A stretch of DNA of 63,712 nucleotides, counting the filler, from Intoshia linei (lineage: Eukaryota > Animalia > Orthonectida): the NCBI GenBank assembly GCA_001642005.1. It is 5 parts of 5 records of this genome, joined end to end, with 100 filler letters (N's around TTAATTAATTAA, not from the genome) between each part and the next. Parts side by side here need not be neighbours in the genome. Positions count along the whole stretch, not along the records: positions 39,135 to 42,302 come from LWCA01002135.1; positions 42,403 to 58,147 come from LWCA01000927.1; 3 more parts are not named here. One strand, given 5' to 3'. Below the pieces are notes generated by a model. The model saw only the letters and a program-made list of their open reading frames with translations. It had not been told where the DNA came from and searched no databases. The first letter of the stretch is position 1. Every line of letters begins with the position of its first letter. The translations under genes and the position numbers were made by a program. This document shows, in pieces, positions 39,176-52,481 of the stretch.

Positions 39176-39454
39176 TCAATTTTTCATTGAAAAAAATTGG
39201 CAAAATGTGTCTTCATCATATAAATTAAAATATGTTTTACCATCAAATTGTAAAACACCCGCATTCTCACTGTTAAATAATTGAGAACTATATAATTTTG
39301 CTTTTTTCATTGTGGACTTATTCAACGCGCTGCTTGTTGGTGGTTTCATTCGTTCGTCTCCGAATGTATTATACATCACCTCTAGAACAGTTATAGTATG
39401 AGACAGTGATAAATTAGCCCTTTTACGAATTTCTTCTGCCAGATCTGTAGACAT
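39176..39454 (-). pseudogene. hATm-like transposase fragment
   Basis: PPTSSAL...GVLQFDGKTY resembles the first catalytic-D motif (L-H/Q-F/W-DGK) of this group. Confidence 0.5.
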
Positions 39455-40510
39455 CTGATCCTTTTAATTACTTAAATTAATTAATTAAATTGTTTTAATT
39501 ACGAGAACTTTCCATTACCGAAATTTACAATTCCATTGCAATTTCCTATAAAGGTTCTAGTAAATTTATTTGATATATATGTATTTTAAATACGACTTAT
39601 TCAGTCTTATTTATAAATGGCTAACCATTAATATTTTTCTTTAATATTTAATATTTATAATATTTAAAATTTGATATTTTTAAAATACAAAAAGTTGGTG
39701 GTCATTTTAAGAATTGAAACATTTCAATCACACCATCTTGTTCGCAATAAAAAGTTTCATGTTTACCATAGGGCTAATTTTATTAGTTTGAATAAGGACA
39801 CAGGTTAACCAATATACGTTCAACAAAATTTTTCGTCCTTAGGTACCTTATTAGTAGTGAATTTCATAGTATATATTTTTCATTGATAAAAATTGTTCAA
39901 AAAATGGTCGATGCTAGTTTTTACGTTTTAAACATAGCGCGAGCACTAACGGGTTATAGGAATTGTTAATTAATTATTTTTATTCAAAATAATAAATTCT
40001 ATAAATTTAATTAAGCATTAACCATTTAGCTAATTTAATGATAACTAAATTTAAGTCACTCAAATATTTTTGCGATATAATCAAATTACATGCGAGCAAA
40101 CGTTACTCTGACGATTTAAATAATGTATATTTATTAAATGCTTTAATTATATTTACTATAGAAAATTTAAAGGTTTCAATTTGGTATTAACCTATTGGCG
40201 TTTTTACGTTAATATGAAAATTAAAATTTCAAATTTAGCATTAAATTTGGTTATAAAATAAGAATAAATGAATTTTTAGATAAAAAAAATTAACGAACGA
40301 TTAAATTCATATTTTCAAAAATAGACAATAAATGTAGATAGTAAAATAGTAAAAGAAAAATACAAATTTTATCATAAAACAACTCTATCACATTTATAGA
40401 TTTTGAAACTAAAACATTTCATTAATTTAAGAATATATAATTATTATTAAAAATTTTTTATTTTTTCAATTAATTATTAACAATAATATAGAAATGTATC
40501 TATTTACAAA

Positions 40511-40975
40511 TTATATCGTAGACATATTGAGTCGCTTTGTTATATTATTCATATCTTTATTAAAACTTGTATCATTATTCTAAAATTAGTTATATATTAA
40601 TACATTGTATTATACTTGTTGAATGTGGCTTTTATGAGGTATGTATTTTGCTGGAAATTTAATATTTGATAATTTTAAATTGTTGAATTTTCCTTTAACC
40701 AAAACACGTCTATATTTGCAGTGACAAATCAACCCTTTCCAAATTTTGTCATTTGATAATAACATGGCATTACCAATAATGAATAATCCAAATCTAAATT
40801 AAAATTACAATAATTGTAACATTTTTGATTATATTCAAAATTTGATTTGATATTTAAAATTACTTTGCTCTCGTAATAGCTATATTCAATTTTTTATAAT
40901 TTGATAAGAATCCGATTTTGTTGTCATTATTAGATCTAACAGCACTGAAAATGATGTTATCTTTTTCTCTCGCAA
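40511..40975 (-). CDS. UPF1: UPF1-like SF1 helicase, 3' exons (possible pseudogene or divergent paralog)
   Basis: Exons ~40975-40864, 40793-40616, 40579-40511: REKDNIIFSAVRSNNDNKIGFLSNYKKLNIAITRAK|FGLFIIGNAMLLSNDKIWKGLI...VLVKGKFNNLK, compared with UPF1 REKDFIILSCVRAN...IGFL...RRLNVALTRARYGVIIVGN...LW...VLVEGPLNNLR. Confidence 0.7.
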
Positions 40976-42644
40976 CTAGTCAATATTATCACATAATAAT
41001 AATTTTATTTTTTCAATGGTTACTAATACAGTCCAGAGTTAGTACAGTCATTCCTATATTTTAATATTTGATAAATTATTAATTACTATTCTAGATTAGA
41101 AAGTAACTATAATGTTAAGTAATATTTAAAGTAAATATAATATTAATAATTATAAATAATTACTGTTAAATTTTTAATGAATTTGTAATGTAGGTAGTAA
41201 GCATCCGATTAAATTTAGCTTTGGTTGCCCTTTTAGAAAATTTACCTACAAAAATACGTCTTAGTTAAAATTCTACCAGAACCGGTCAAATGTATTAATT
41301 TCATCTTTCTAAGGTTTTATATTGATTTATAATTTTAAAATTTATAAAGTTATGATTATAATCTAAAACAGCCCTGTTAAACCCTGTCAAATTAATTGTT
41401 TATTATCATTTGCACATAAGCGCATTATGTGCGAACATTTCATTTGTGAGTGGTCTATTTTTCATTTTTGGGTTAATCTCGAGTTTGTTAGGTTCGGCTC
41501 TGACTGGAGACTACTTATAAACCATTAGTTGAAGTTAAATTGCTTATTGTATTTTTATATATATTTAGATTTTAGATATTTTTACCAATTTGGCGAGACA
41601 GTGGATTTTTATTATTATTAAAAAATATAAAATTGAGTATGATCAACATAAATAAAATATCTTTATTGAGTAATTCTTATTTTTTATCTTACAACCCATA
41701 TCCCGGGAGTGTCGTTTGCACTTTTAATCATAGTGAAAATTAAGTTTAAATAGTTTTATTTTATTATAGCTAATTTGAATAATCCAAATATACTAACTGA
41801 AAAAATGTAAATTTTAAATAGATTTTTAAACAAAACAAGAATTTATTATTAACCCCTAGAAAAATGATATGTTTTAACCTAATAACTACGGCGGAATGTC
41901 TGTTTAATCTAAATTTTGAGGTTAAAAATAATCAAAAGCTAATAGAGATGATTTTGGTATAAAGCAAAGAAATTTTTCATGATTGTTACATTAAAATTAG
42001 TTTATCCCTATTATTCTAGTTATAAACAATATAATTGACTGAAGCTTCAAACCGATTTTAACGTGTTAATTATATAGATTTTAATGTTTCTCAATCTGTT
42101 CCTTATCGCCCAGTTATCGGCGATGCAAATTTAATATTATCATATTAAATTATTATTAAATATATTAAATTTAGTAGGTCCATTGTGTTATATTTTTAAT
42201 ATGACTTTTGAAGGATATTGGGTTTTTCGAAAATTGTATTCTTTGTATTTTTCCAAAATTTTTAACTGCTGCACAGAACAAAATGTATATTTTAATATTT
42301 ATNNNNNNNNNNNNNNNNNNNNNNNNNNNNNNNNNNNNNNNNNNNNTTAATTAATTAANNNNNNNNNNNNNNNNNNNNNNNNNNNNNNNNNNNNNNNNNN
42401 NNTACGTCTATTTGATAGTCTCTGTATTTTTAAGATTGTATATTAAATACATTTACTATATACATTTACAATTAGTATATTTAGATTATTTCGTCAGTTC
42501 AATCATTAACGATTTTTTAGATATCCATTTTGGGTCAATTAGAGTTTTAACAAATTTTTTTTAGCTTAGGGGTACTAACTGTGAGGTATGTTGGGAACCG
42601 CTGTTATAATACAATAGAATATAATTATAAATATTTGTTTTTAA

Positions 42645-42765
42645 AAAATTTCTTTCGTCGGATAATATATTCTTCAACAACGAAAACGGATCTTTTAACA
42701 CTTGATGATGAGGTTTGACTGTTCAATAACTGCGCATAAGTTTTAGCTGATTTGATTTCACACAG
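42645..42765 (-). pseudogene. hAT dimerisation-domain relic
   Basis: Frameshifted QTSSSSVKRS / FSLLKNILSDERNF, compared with the hAT TSxxVERSFS motif. Confidence 0.5.
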
Positions 42766-43307
42766 TATAATTGAAAATTGTTAATTTATATTATCGTTTT
42801 AGGTATATTCGCTAGGAGAATAAATATTTTTTTAAATTATGACTTTAATAATATTATTATGACAATTATGTCAGAAATATGACATTTATGACTTTTTAAA
42901 AATCGATATACCCCATTAAATGTGTTTATTAGAGTTCCCTCTTATATTTCTAACATTTTTTTATTATTAAAAAAGATAATTATTTTTATGACATTGTTCG
43001 CCCTGATCCTTAGTAAGGCCACCAAAAAGTAACTATCTGATAAACAATTTAAAATGCTGCGAGATTTGAAAATTATTGTTGTGTAATAACAATGGAAATT
43101 AAATTAAAAAACCAATTGTAAGTACAATAACAATCTAAAAAATAAATGCAACGAATTATAAATCTGCTACTAATTCTTAAAATTGGCTATTCTTAAGATT
43201 ACATAAATTTATAGACTGATAATTAATTTTCCTTGATTTTTAGATACATCTGACACTCTAATAATGTGTAATAATAATGTCTAATAACTGTAATCATTAG
43301 TACATTA

Positions 43308-43978
43308 TAGTGTGTTCAACTTAGTTTTTTTTACTCAGTACGGTACTAAGTACTTTTTATGGCTGAAAAAAAATTTAGTACAGTACAACTAAGTACTTTT
43401 TAAATTTTCAAAACTCAGTAAGTATTTTAGTACTTTAAAATTTACATTGCATCACAAACAATTACATAATAATCCTTATACAATTGATTTATTATAGTAA
43501 TAAATTATTGATGTATAAATATTGGTGTATATTATTAACTATAAGTAAATAACCATTTATAATATAAGTATATGCCAAAAATGTTCCATTACTATAATAC
43601 AATTTAAAACTTATAAAAAATTATAGATTTAAGAGTTAGTCCACGTTTTCCAAAGTAACTCATTAATCTAATAGTAATTATAGTTTTATTTAACTCAACT
43701 TACTGATAATTTTAATATTTATTTTGTTGAATTTTTATTTTAAATATATTTATGAGTATAATAACTAAATTTAGAAATTTTTTAGCAATGTTTTTTTATT
43801 GCATCGTTAATAGTTCATAATCTCACAAGAAATTCAACGTAATTAAAAAAATTAGAATCAAAATCTAAGTAAAATATTTAAATAAAGTTTAAAAAATACT
43901 TTTTATAAAGTACTCAGTACAAATTTTATAAAACTAAGTAAAAGTACAAAAAAATACTTTTAAAAAAGTTGAACACAC
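43308..43978. mobile_element. MITE with GTGTGTTCAACTT TIRs; sister copy at about 14595-14883
   Basis: TAGTGTGTTCAACTTAG ... AAGTTGAACACAC; AGTACT-rich subterminal repeats in both copies. Confidence 0.6.
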
Positions 43979-44225
43979 ATTAGAGTCTAATGTACACGAT
44001 CAAGTGATAATGTTTGTTACAATTATTGACTAAATAAACAAAGTGCAATAATTTTTCTGTAAAGTGCAAAATACTGTATATCATGTGTGTTATATTATTA
44101 TTTAATTACAATTTAGGCTAAATTAATATATAAAAAGAATATAAATTATAATAAATCATTTTGTTTATCAGCGTATGAAAGGTCCAAAAAATCGTTTCAC
44201 AAAGAGTTTCGTACATTATAATTTG

Positions 44226-45118
44226 CTAGGTTGACTGTTATGTACTACGTCCAAACATCACCTAGCTCTGCCGAGGATACATTTTTATGCTACCAAAAAA
44301 ATAAATTCATGTTGAAAATTTAACTTAAAAATTCTACTATTCACTTTTATCAATCCTTTAAAGGAGTAGTTCCCAAACTTGTTTCAAGTAGAACCATAAT
44401 ATCACATTACTTTTTACTTTAAAGTAAATTATTCCATCATAATTTTTTTTGTTAACATTTGCGTAAAGAATTTTAAAAACAATTGTTATCCCATTTTTTT
44501 AATATATTAGACAGAATGTGTGTATAATATTAAAAATAAAGTAAAAATAGTTCAATCCTAAAAATTGTCATATATAGCATAAATTCCTAAAAAATAAAAT
44601 TGCAAAAACTTATTTTGTCATTTTCAATGTTATGATATATATTCAGTACCAATTTAATGAATACTTAAAAATACCAATTACATATCAATAATTAACGGAA
44701 TCTTCACTTTATAAACATATTTCAGGCGAATTTTACCACTATTGCAAAGGATTGTAATAAATATAAATTTGATAATAACAAAGTTGTATTACTTTTAATA
44801 TTCGTTGTTTAAATTTAAATTTTATAGAAAATGTTTTGAAAATGATAATTTGAAATTTAAAAATTGCGTAGCAATGAAAAAAATTTCGAAGGAATGAATT
44901 ATGTAGATTTTTACCCATATTTCTTTATTGGAAATATGTACACGTTCAATGCACATTTTTTTGAAATTGTAGGATCAATATTTACATTTTCAATTTTTAT
45001 TTTAATCAAAATATTTGAAAAATATTGGTTGATAATATATATTAAAAATTATTTTTCACCGGGAATACGTAGATTTTTGAGGTTGAAATTTTGTATTTAT
45101 ATCAACTGGAATAAGCTC
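44226..45118 (-). mobile_element. Helitron, 3' part
   Basis: CTAG + degenerate hairpin TGTTATGTACTACGTCCAAACA; matches the copies at 26587, 57333 and 52482-54795. Confidence 0.7.
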
Positions 45119-46351
45119 TACTATAACTTGCATGAATTTTTAAATTGCCTGTAACATATACAATGTATATTATACATATATAATGTATATAGAAAACTTT
45201 AAATAGTCAGGCTAACTTCACCGTTAGGAGTTATATATTTTGCGATAGTTATTATTTTAGTAATACTATAATTTTAAGCCCTAAGGATATTTTTTCTAAA
45301 TACCCTTGAGACACCTTAATGTACAATATCAGTGTTATAAACAAGCAATATATATTATTGCTGGTTTGAGATAAATTTTAATTTAAAAAATAAACAATAA
45401 AATTGAAATTCTAAAAAAATAAAAAAAACGTTAATTGATAATATTATAAATCAATAAATAAACATAAAAGAAGAAAATATTCATTTATCCCATGTCGCAT
45501 TGCTACAATGGTTTAATGCTCTCTAACATTCGATATGATGAGGTGATCATTGGTTCAGATTCAGTTTTAGTCAAATTTTCAAAAAAAAAGAAGATCACGT
45601 ATAATGGTTATTAGGATTAAACATACTGAATATCGCTGAAATGGGGTTTACGTAAGAGATGATTATTTTTTACTAAATTCTAAAATGTCGCTGTTTTGCG
45701 TCGTCACTGTTTTGTGACACGACAAAGATTATTCCAGATTTTAAATTCAAAATAATACACAATTTTAATTGTACGTAACAAACGCAAAAAAATATTGAAT
45801 TCCATTTAATATTGCATTGTATAATATCTAATTTAATACGTTACCTTATAGCGATAATTATAAACTGCAATAGATGAGAACAATAAAATTTTAATTCAGC
45901 TTATTTATGATTATATTTAATTACAATTAATTAAAATTCATCATACTAATACCGATATACTCAACGACTATGCCACTAAATTGATAGTCAAAATAATATC
46001 AAAAGAAGTTGAATCTGTTGGAATTCATAGGCATTGTAATATATTTACAACTAATAACGCAACAAACAAAACAAATCCAATGGGATTTGACAAAAATTAC
46101 CATGAGATAAATTTGACATGTGAAATTGACAAGATTTGTGTATCAAATAAAAGTCAAATCTAAAATCAATAAAACAAATGAAATACAATGTCAATTAAAT
46201 CAACTGAATATAAAAATATTCAAATTATAACAAAGGATTTTATGACAATATAATTACAATTTATTAATAATAATGACTCATTATTAATGAGTAATATAAC
46301 AACTGTATAAAAAGTTTTGAATCCTTTTAAATCCTTTGGAATTTTGAGAAA

Positions 46352-47512
46352 TCATAAAACAGCTAAAGTAACCATTGATTCAAAGTTTTGATTAATAATT
46401 TTGACATTGGAGTATTTATGTTTATTAAATATTTTGCTTTTTTGTTGATAATTAACATTGTTGCATTTTGGACATTTCATTTTATCAAAATTTGAAATTC
46501 TAGAAGAAGTCCGTTTCATTAAATTAAATTTACACTTTTTTGGTAAATTTATTTCTTTCTTAAATTTATTATAATTAAAATTTTTTCCATTTTTCAATTC
46601 ATCATCAGCATCATAATTTAATTTGGTTTGTTTATTTTTAGAGTATACTTTGTAGCTTTTAATTCGATTTTTATTGTTATGAACGTTGTTGTATTTGTTA
46701 ATGTTTTTATTAACATGTTTAATGTGCTCAATACTTTCAATTCTTGTTGATTCTACATTGTTGTAGTATCCATTATTAGATATTACATTACAAAATTTTA
46801 AGTAATCCTTAAAATTGCCATTCTTATTTGTATCAATTTCAAAATTTATGGGGGTGTTACTCCTCTGAGCACACTCTACATCATTTTTGTAAATTTGTTT
46901 TTTTGGTTTAGTCGGTTTTTCTTTACTGTATTCCATTTCTTGTGAAACGTATGAACTGTCATAATTGATAGAATTTGTATTTACGTACATTCTTGGATCA
47001 AGACTAGGATTTGGGTTTGAATTTGAATTTTTATTTTTACGTTTATATTGATTGTTTGTGTATATTTCTGATTGCTTTATAGAGTCGACTGTAAAACTTT
47101 TGACGAAATCAAATTTTTTATTTTTCATAGCTTTTTGATTGTTGGTCATGTCGAGTAAGTAGCATGTTGGTGTACTTACCGGGTTTGATTTTGTTTCGTA
47201 ATCGTTACATGCCTGTATATTTGTATAAAGTGGACACGGCCTAGAGCTGGGTCGAGGAATTAGATGAATAGATTGAGATTGTGGAGATAGATTTTTTAGG
47301 TTAGTATAAATGTTAAGTTTCTTTGATTTACAATCCTTGCTAGTTTTCTTGCTTTCTTTGTCAGAATTAAAGTTTAAAACAATTTTACGCAATTTGTTTT
47401 CCAATTCAGTCAATTTATTGTCAAATAATCCTTGCTTTTTAAGTTTTTTCATGTTATTAACTTTTAAATCAATTATATCCAAATTAGTCTTTAGATAATT
47501 TAAATCCAATAT
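46352..47512 (-). CDS. Orphan Asn/Lys-rich protein, large exon (5' exons uncertain)
   Basis: 1.16-kb stop-free frame in very AT-rich DNA, preceded by acceptor TTTTATAG|; coiled-coil-like start followed by low complexity; no family recognised. Confidence 0.7.
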   Translation of the reverse strand: MLDLNYLKTNLDIIDLKVNNMKKLKKQGLFDNKLTELENKLRKIVLNFNSDKESKKTSKDCKSKKLNIYTNLKNLSPQSQSIHLIPRPSSRPCPLYTNIQACNDYETKSNPVSTPTCYLLDMTNNQKAMKNKKFDFVKSFTVDSIKQSEIYTNNQYKRKNKNSNSNPNPSLDPRMYVNTNSINYDSSYVSQEMEYSKEKPTKPKKQIYKNDVECAQRSNTPINFEIDTNKNGNFKDYLKFCNVISNNGYYNNVESTRIESIEHIKHVNKNINKYNNVHNNKNRIKSYKVYSKNKQTKLNYDADDELKNGKNFNYNKFKKEINLPKKCKFNLMKRTSSRISNFDKMKCPKCNNVNYQQKSKIFNKHKYSNVKIINQNFESMVTLAVL

Positions 47513-50500
47513 CTATAAAATATGTTAATGTTAAAATAAATTTAATGAATTATACAATTTAATCATGAACGTTATAATTATGTCATATAATTTAATATTT
47601 AATTTTTTACACCGTTTAGTCGAGTTACAGTGCCGTAGAATTGATGTATCGAGTTAAATATCGGCTTAGAAATAAATAAAATTAACGAGTGGGAAGTACT
47701 ACTCTAATGTAACCAGTCGTTTCATGTTTCATTGTTCAATTCAAATTGTATATAAAATATTCTGCATATTAAAATACTCAAATACACGTACATGTACTAC
47801 TCAAGAAATGGCTCAGCTTCATAGAGTACAAACTAATTTTTGTTATATTAAATCTCTGGCTGTGATTTTACAATCAAAGTTGTCTGTTTATAATTTTGTA
47901 TTTAATTACAGATTTTCTGTTAGGTTTGTTTTATTTCGTTAAAATTTTGGCTAAAATACTTTAAAATGTTTCGCTATTGTTTAATTGTTCATTTTAATCA
48001 ACTTAATTGAAATCAACACGATATTATACATGTAACCGTTAATAAAAATCTATACATTTTAAAGTGTATTTTTACAGTGAATAATGTAATACGTGGAATT
48101 GTAAAATATTGCCTAATCATAAACTTGGGATTGTACGGAATATATTTTTGAAGATTGTTGTCATTTCGTTGTCACATCAGGACTGTGGAGAGCCAGCTAT
48201 AAAATTTTTTAAAAAATGGGACCTCTATACTTAATCGATGGTTGATTATTTTAAAATTAAAAATAACCGTTGAAAATCCTATTTGTCGAAAATTTGGTAT
48301 ACTTAAGAAATTTTCAAACATTAACTATTAATAAATTACCATAGTAGTCTCTCATGATTGTAGACCCGGGTCATATACCCGTCTCCACGGTTCTGGTTCG
48401 TATTGTTCTTCGGAAAAGTAATTTTAATTAGGAACGTGTTGCAAAACTCTAATACAAAGTATTTGTACTGTATAAACTACTTGATGTTCTTAATGGGTTG
48501 CTGGCGAGCATATTCATTACACAACTTTACAAAAAATCAAAAAAATTATTGCATTATAATTTTCATTTAAAATACAAACTAAACATGGTCAGCAGAGCCA
48601 AAGCTACCAAACTCGAGGCCACCGAACATGAAAAATAGACCCTATAAATTTTAAGAAAACAGTGCGTAATGTCGTATAGCCCTAGCCTTCTCTGCACGGC
48701 TCATGAGTTGACGTTTTAAATTTATAACACAAATACAAAATGTAGTTATGATATTCAAGAATATAATTTTTAATGTTTAATCAGAAAAAACAAAGCCCAT
48801 ACTACAAAAATTTCGTTGAGACCACAAATAGGGTATCGGGGCAAGCTAGGCTAGAATTCGGTACTGATGGCCAGTTTTGCTAATGAAAAATATATCCTAC
48901 ACTTTTTTATGGAAATTGTAATGTCTGATTGAAATTGATACTGAATTGAAAAATGTTTGATAGTAAAATTTGATCAGTAAATTTATATAGCAGTACAATT
49001 TAAATTAATCAAAATTGTGTTCATATAGATTTCCAAATTTAATTTTATTTAAATTTTCAAATTTCAAATAAATTCAAATAAAATACAAAATTGATTGCTC
49101 AAATTGTTAAATAATTAAGATACTTGGAATTTAAGGAAAATCTAATTATTGGACAGTATTTTCCAACGTATTTGTTGTAAATTTCAGTGTCAGAAATCGA
49201 CATCTTCATATTCAAAAACGTATAATCATTTTAAAACTCAAAATTTTTCAAATATTTGTATTTTCATTTTTATATTGTTTTACAATTTAACATTTATTTA
49301 AATTAAAATGAAAACTTTCACCGTATAATTTTATAATTAATTATATATTAAAAAAACGTATGGTTAACTTTTTTATTCAGAATTCAAAATTTTAAGTTTC
49401 AATCCAATGAATGTAAAATTTCATAATTAAATTTTACAATGTTGTACTATTTTTGATTCAAAACATTTTGTTACTATCGATTTTAAAATTTAATTTGAAT
49501 TTATTTTAATTTGGAATACAAAACGGAAAATATTTTTGTTTATGCTTGAATAATTCGTGAAAATTCCCAGCCCCATCAAAAATTTGTTCACTGCCCACTG
49601 GTGTGGCATACCCTACGGTTATGAAACACTGGTCTAGCTCTACTCCAGACTCGTGGAAAAATGGAATTATACAAATATGGTATTTATACATCATTAACGA
49701 AACATTTTCGGGCATTTGTTTTGTTTTTCGGGGGGGGGGATTGAGTATGGTAGATACTGATTCCAAATATTATTTGTGTAATTTATTTATATATTTATAT
49801 GTGCTACAACGATTATATGAAAAATCGTATGATTAAAATGACAATACATGTATTTTCTATGTATATTAAACCGACGAGAGGAATAAAATATAACAAAAAT
49901 TTACCGCTCGCAGTTTGGTCAAAGTTAATTTATTAGAATCTAATGAATTAATTCCAAAATTAATAAAAATGGGGAAATATAATCAAATATATATAATTCA
50001 ACTGCCATAAAATGTGTAAATATTTTTTATGTAGACTTGTCAAATGTTGGTTTAACTATTGAAACTAATCCTTTAATTATCATGTAGTGTCTTAAAGCCT
50101 AATAGCGGATATAGTTGAGATGGCGTCGGATTAATGAAATGACATTAGTCTGATGATTAATTACTCTTAATCTCATTTACTTGTTTATACACATACGACA
50201 CGTATTCATTAACTACAAGTATGCATGTACTTAAAAATTACACATTTTTTGATGGACCGTTGAAATTTTGAAACAATTTGTTGTAAATGTTGTTTTTGAG
50301 ACATTGTAATAATCTTTCAAATTTAGATTTTTTGATAATATTGAATAATTTTAATGTTCTGACTGGTGTGCAGATTTTGATTAGTATCCTTTTTTAAAGT
50401 ATGAAAAAATAATAATTAAATAATTGACATTGTAAATTATAAAAAATGTAGATTCTTGAATTAAAAATGTAACTGAATATTTGTTTTGAAAAATTTTGAA

Positions 50501-51483
50501 AACTCTAAAATGGTACAATTGAATGGATCAGAAATATCAAAAATTGAACTTATTTTCACATGAAACTGAATCATTTACTCTTCTATTGTGTAAATGTTTT
50601 TTGACAGTATTCTTTTACATTTTAAATCAAACCAACTGCCTAATTCTTTTATTCAATACTTTTAACAAACTACAAATACTACATGTAGTGTAGTACAATT
50701 ATTAACAATTAACCACTTGATCGATACATGTTTATAAATATATAATTTATCACTCTCAAAAATGATTCTATATATAGAAAATGTAAATTATATAGATACA
50801 AAATAAAAAACCTCCATATTTGATATTGCACAATTAAATTTAGATGGAAAACATTTTTATCAATAACACTAAAAATTTACAACAAAAGATTAGTAGAGTG
50901 GTTTGTTTGTAAAGCAGTTTTATGGAAATTTATGAGGATCTATGATTTTTAATGCATTACAATTTTTATGAGAATATTAGGAAAATTTCATGTTTAATAA
51001 TGTTCAATACATCACAATATCTTTTGAGGTATAAGTGTTCTTTGATGGTAATTTACGATCATCATAAATACATATATAATAAATTAAATGATAGTATAAT
51101 ACTAATATGATACCAATAAATTACTAACGGATTATACTTTTTATAACTTTACGTTACTTATTTACTGACTTTTTATAAATTTAATGAATAAAAGTTAAAG
51201 TATTAGTTTTGAAATAGATTAGAGTTGAATGTAATATTGTTATGGACAATAATCAATACCGTGAGTCGAGTCCTAAATTGAAATAAAATAATTTATCAAT
51301 GGAAAAATGGCTAATAAATAAAATGATGAGAATGAAACCAAGATTTTACATTTCAAATACAATTTTGTACATAATTTATATGTTTGCTACAAAATTTTTT
51401 TGATTGTAGGATGAATATTTCTATTTAAAATTCACTTATTTTTTATATTAAAACGAGTGTTCTTCTAACGCATAGTTTACTGT

Positions 51484-52383
51484 ATTTGAAAAATATTGGT
51501 TGATAATATATTAAAAATTATTTTTCACCGGGAATGCGTAGATTTCTCGGGTAGATATCAACTGGAATAAGATCTATCAGATTCTATCTAATTTTCGGAC
51601 TGTTAATTATTTCACATTTTTTGTTTTAATAAAATGTTTCGGAAAAAAAATATATGAATACTAAAATGCTTTTTTGACCGTGAAGTCGTCACTTATTCGG
51701 ATTGAATTTTTTTATGTGTGTTAACAGGATACAACTGTACCACCTGTAAATTTTTTGAAATTCTAGGGCTGTTTTCAAAAAAAGAAATTAGAATTTTGGG
51801 TTTTGGCCCTGAAGATTTATTTTTTTAAATTTAAATTTATGATAATGTTTATGATTTTAAAATCCGCATCAGCGTATATATTTTTTTAAATTCTCGAACT
51901 CGTTTGATTTTCAAAAAAAAGACAATTGGGATATATATTTTTTTAAATTCTCCAACTCGTTTGATTTTCAAAAAGAGGGACAATAATATATTTTTTTAAA
52001 TTTTCCAACTCGTTTGATTTTCAAAAAGAGGGAAAACTGGGGTTTTTGACCCGTAAGATGTGAAATTGGGAGGTTGGAATTTATCTTATTATATGCCCCG
52101 AAAAAAACTGTAATTGAAACGTGGTCTTTAAAAAATTCTAAGAGTGGTAGTTATTTCAATAAAGTTTTTGACCCGTAAGATGTGAAATTGGGAGGTTGAA
52201 ATTTATCTTATTATACGGTTTTTGACCCTTAAGATGTGAAATTGGGAGGTTGAAATTTATCTTATTATACGCGGAAAAAACTGTAATTGAAATGTTATCT
52301 TTAAAAAATTTTAAAACACGTAGTTATTTAAATAAAGTTGAACACACAGACAAAAATCTCGTAGCCTTTTATATAAGTTAGGA
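51484..52383 (-). mobile_element. Helitron, 5' part, with internal tandem duplications
   Basis: Minus-strand A|TCCTAACTTATAT start; triplicated blocks TTTTTTAAATT(C/T)TC(G/C)AACTCGTTTGATTTTC and GTTTTTGACCC(G/T)TAAGATGTGAAATTGGGAGGTTG. Confidence 0.7.
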
Positions 52384-52481
52384 TAATTAATGTATATTAT
52401 TATTATTTCAAAATTGAAAAATATTGATTGATAATCATTTATAGAAGTGGTATTCGATAAAAATCTAAACTAACAGTAATA

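Noticed and set aside
44864-45154. 96-aa ORF (similarly 57224-57430)
   Set aside because: Chance frames overlapping Helitron copies; not kept open in sister copies.
45981-46163. 60-aa plus-strand ORF as a terminal exon
   Set aside because: No recognisable motif and no convincing upstream exon or ATG.
49506-49836. Two overlapping opposite-strand ORFs
   Set aside because: Overlap a hAT-like MITE end (minus-strand CAGTGTTTCATAACC); no protein motifs.
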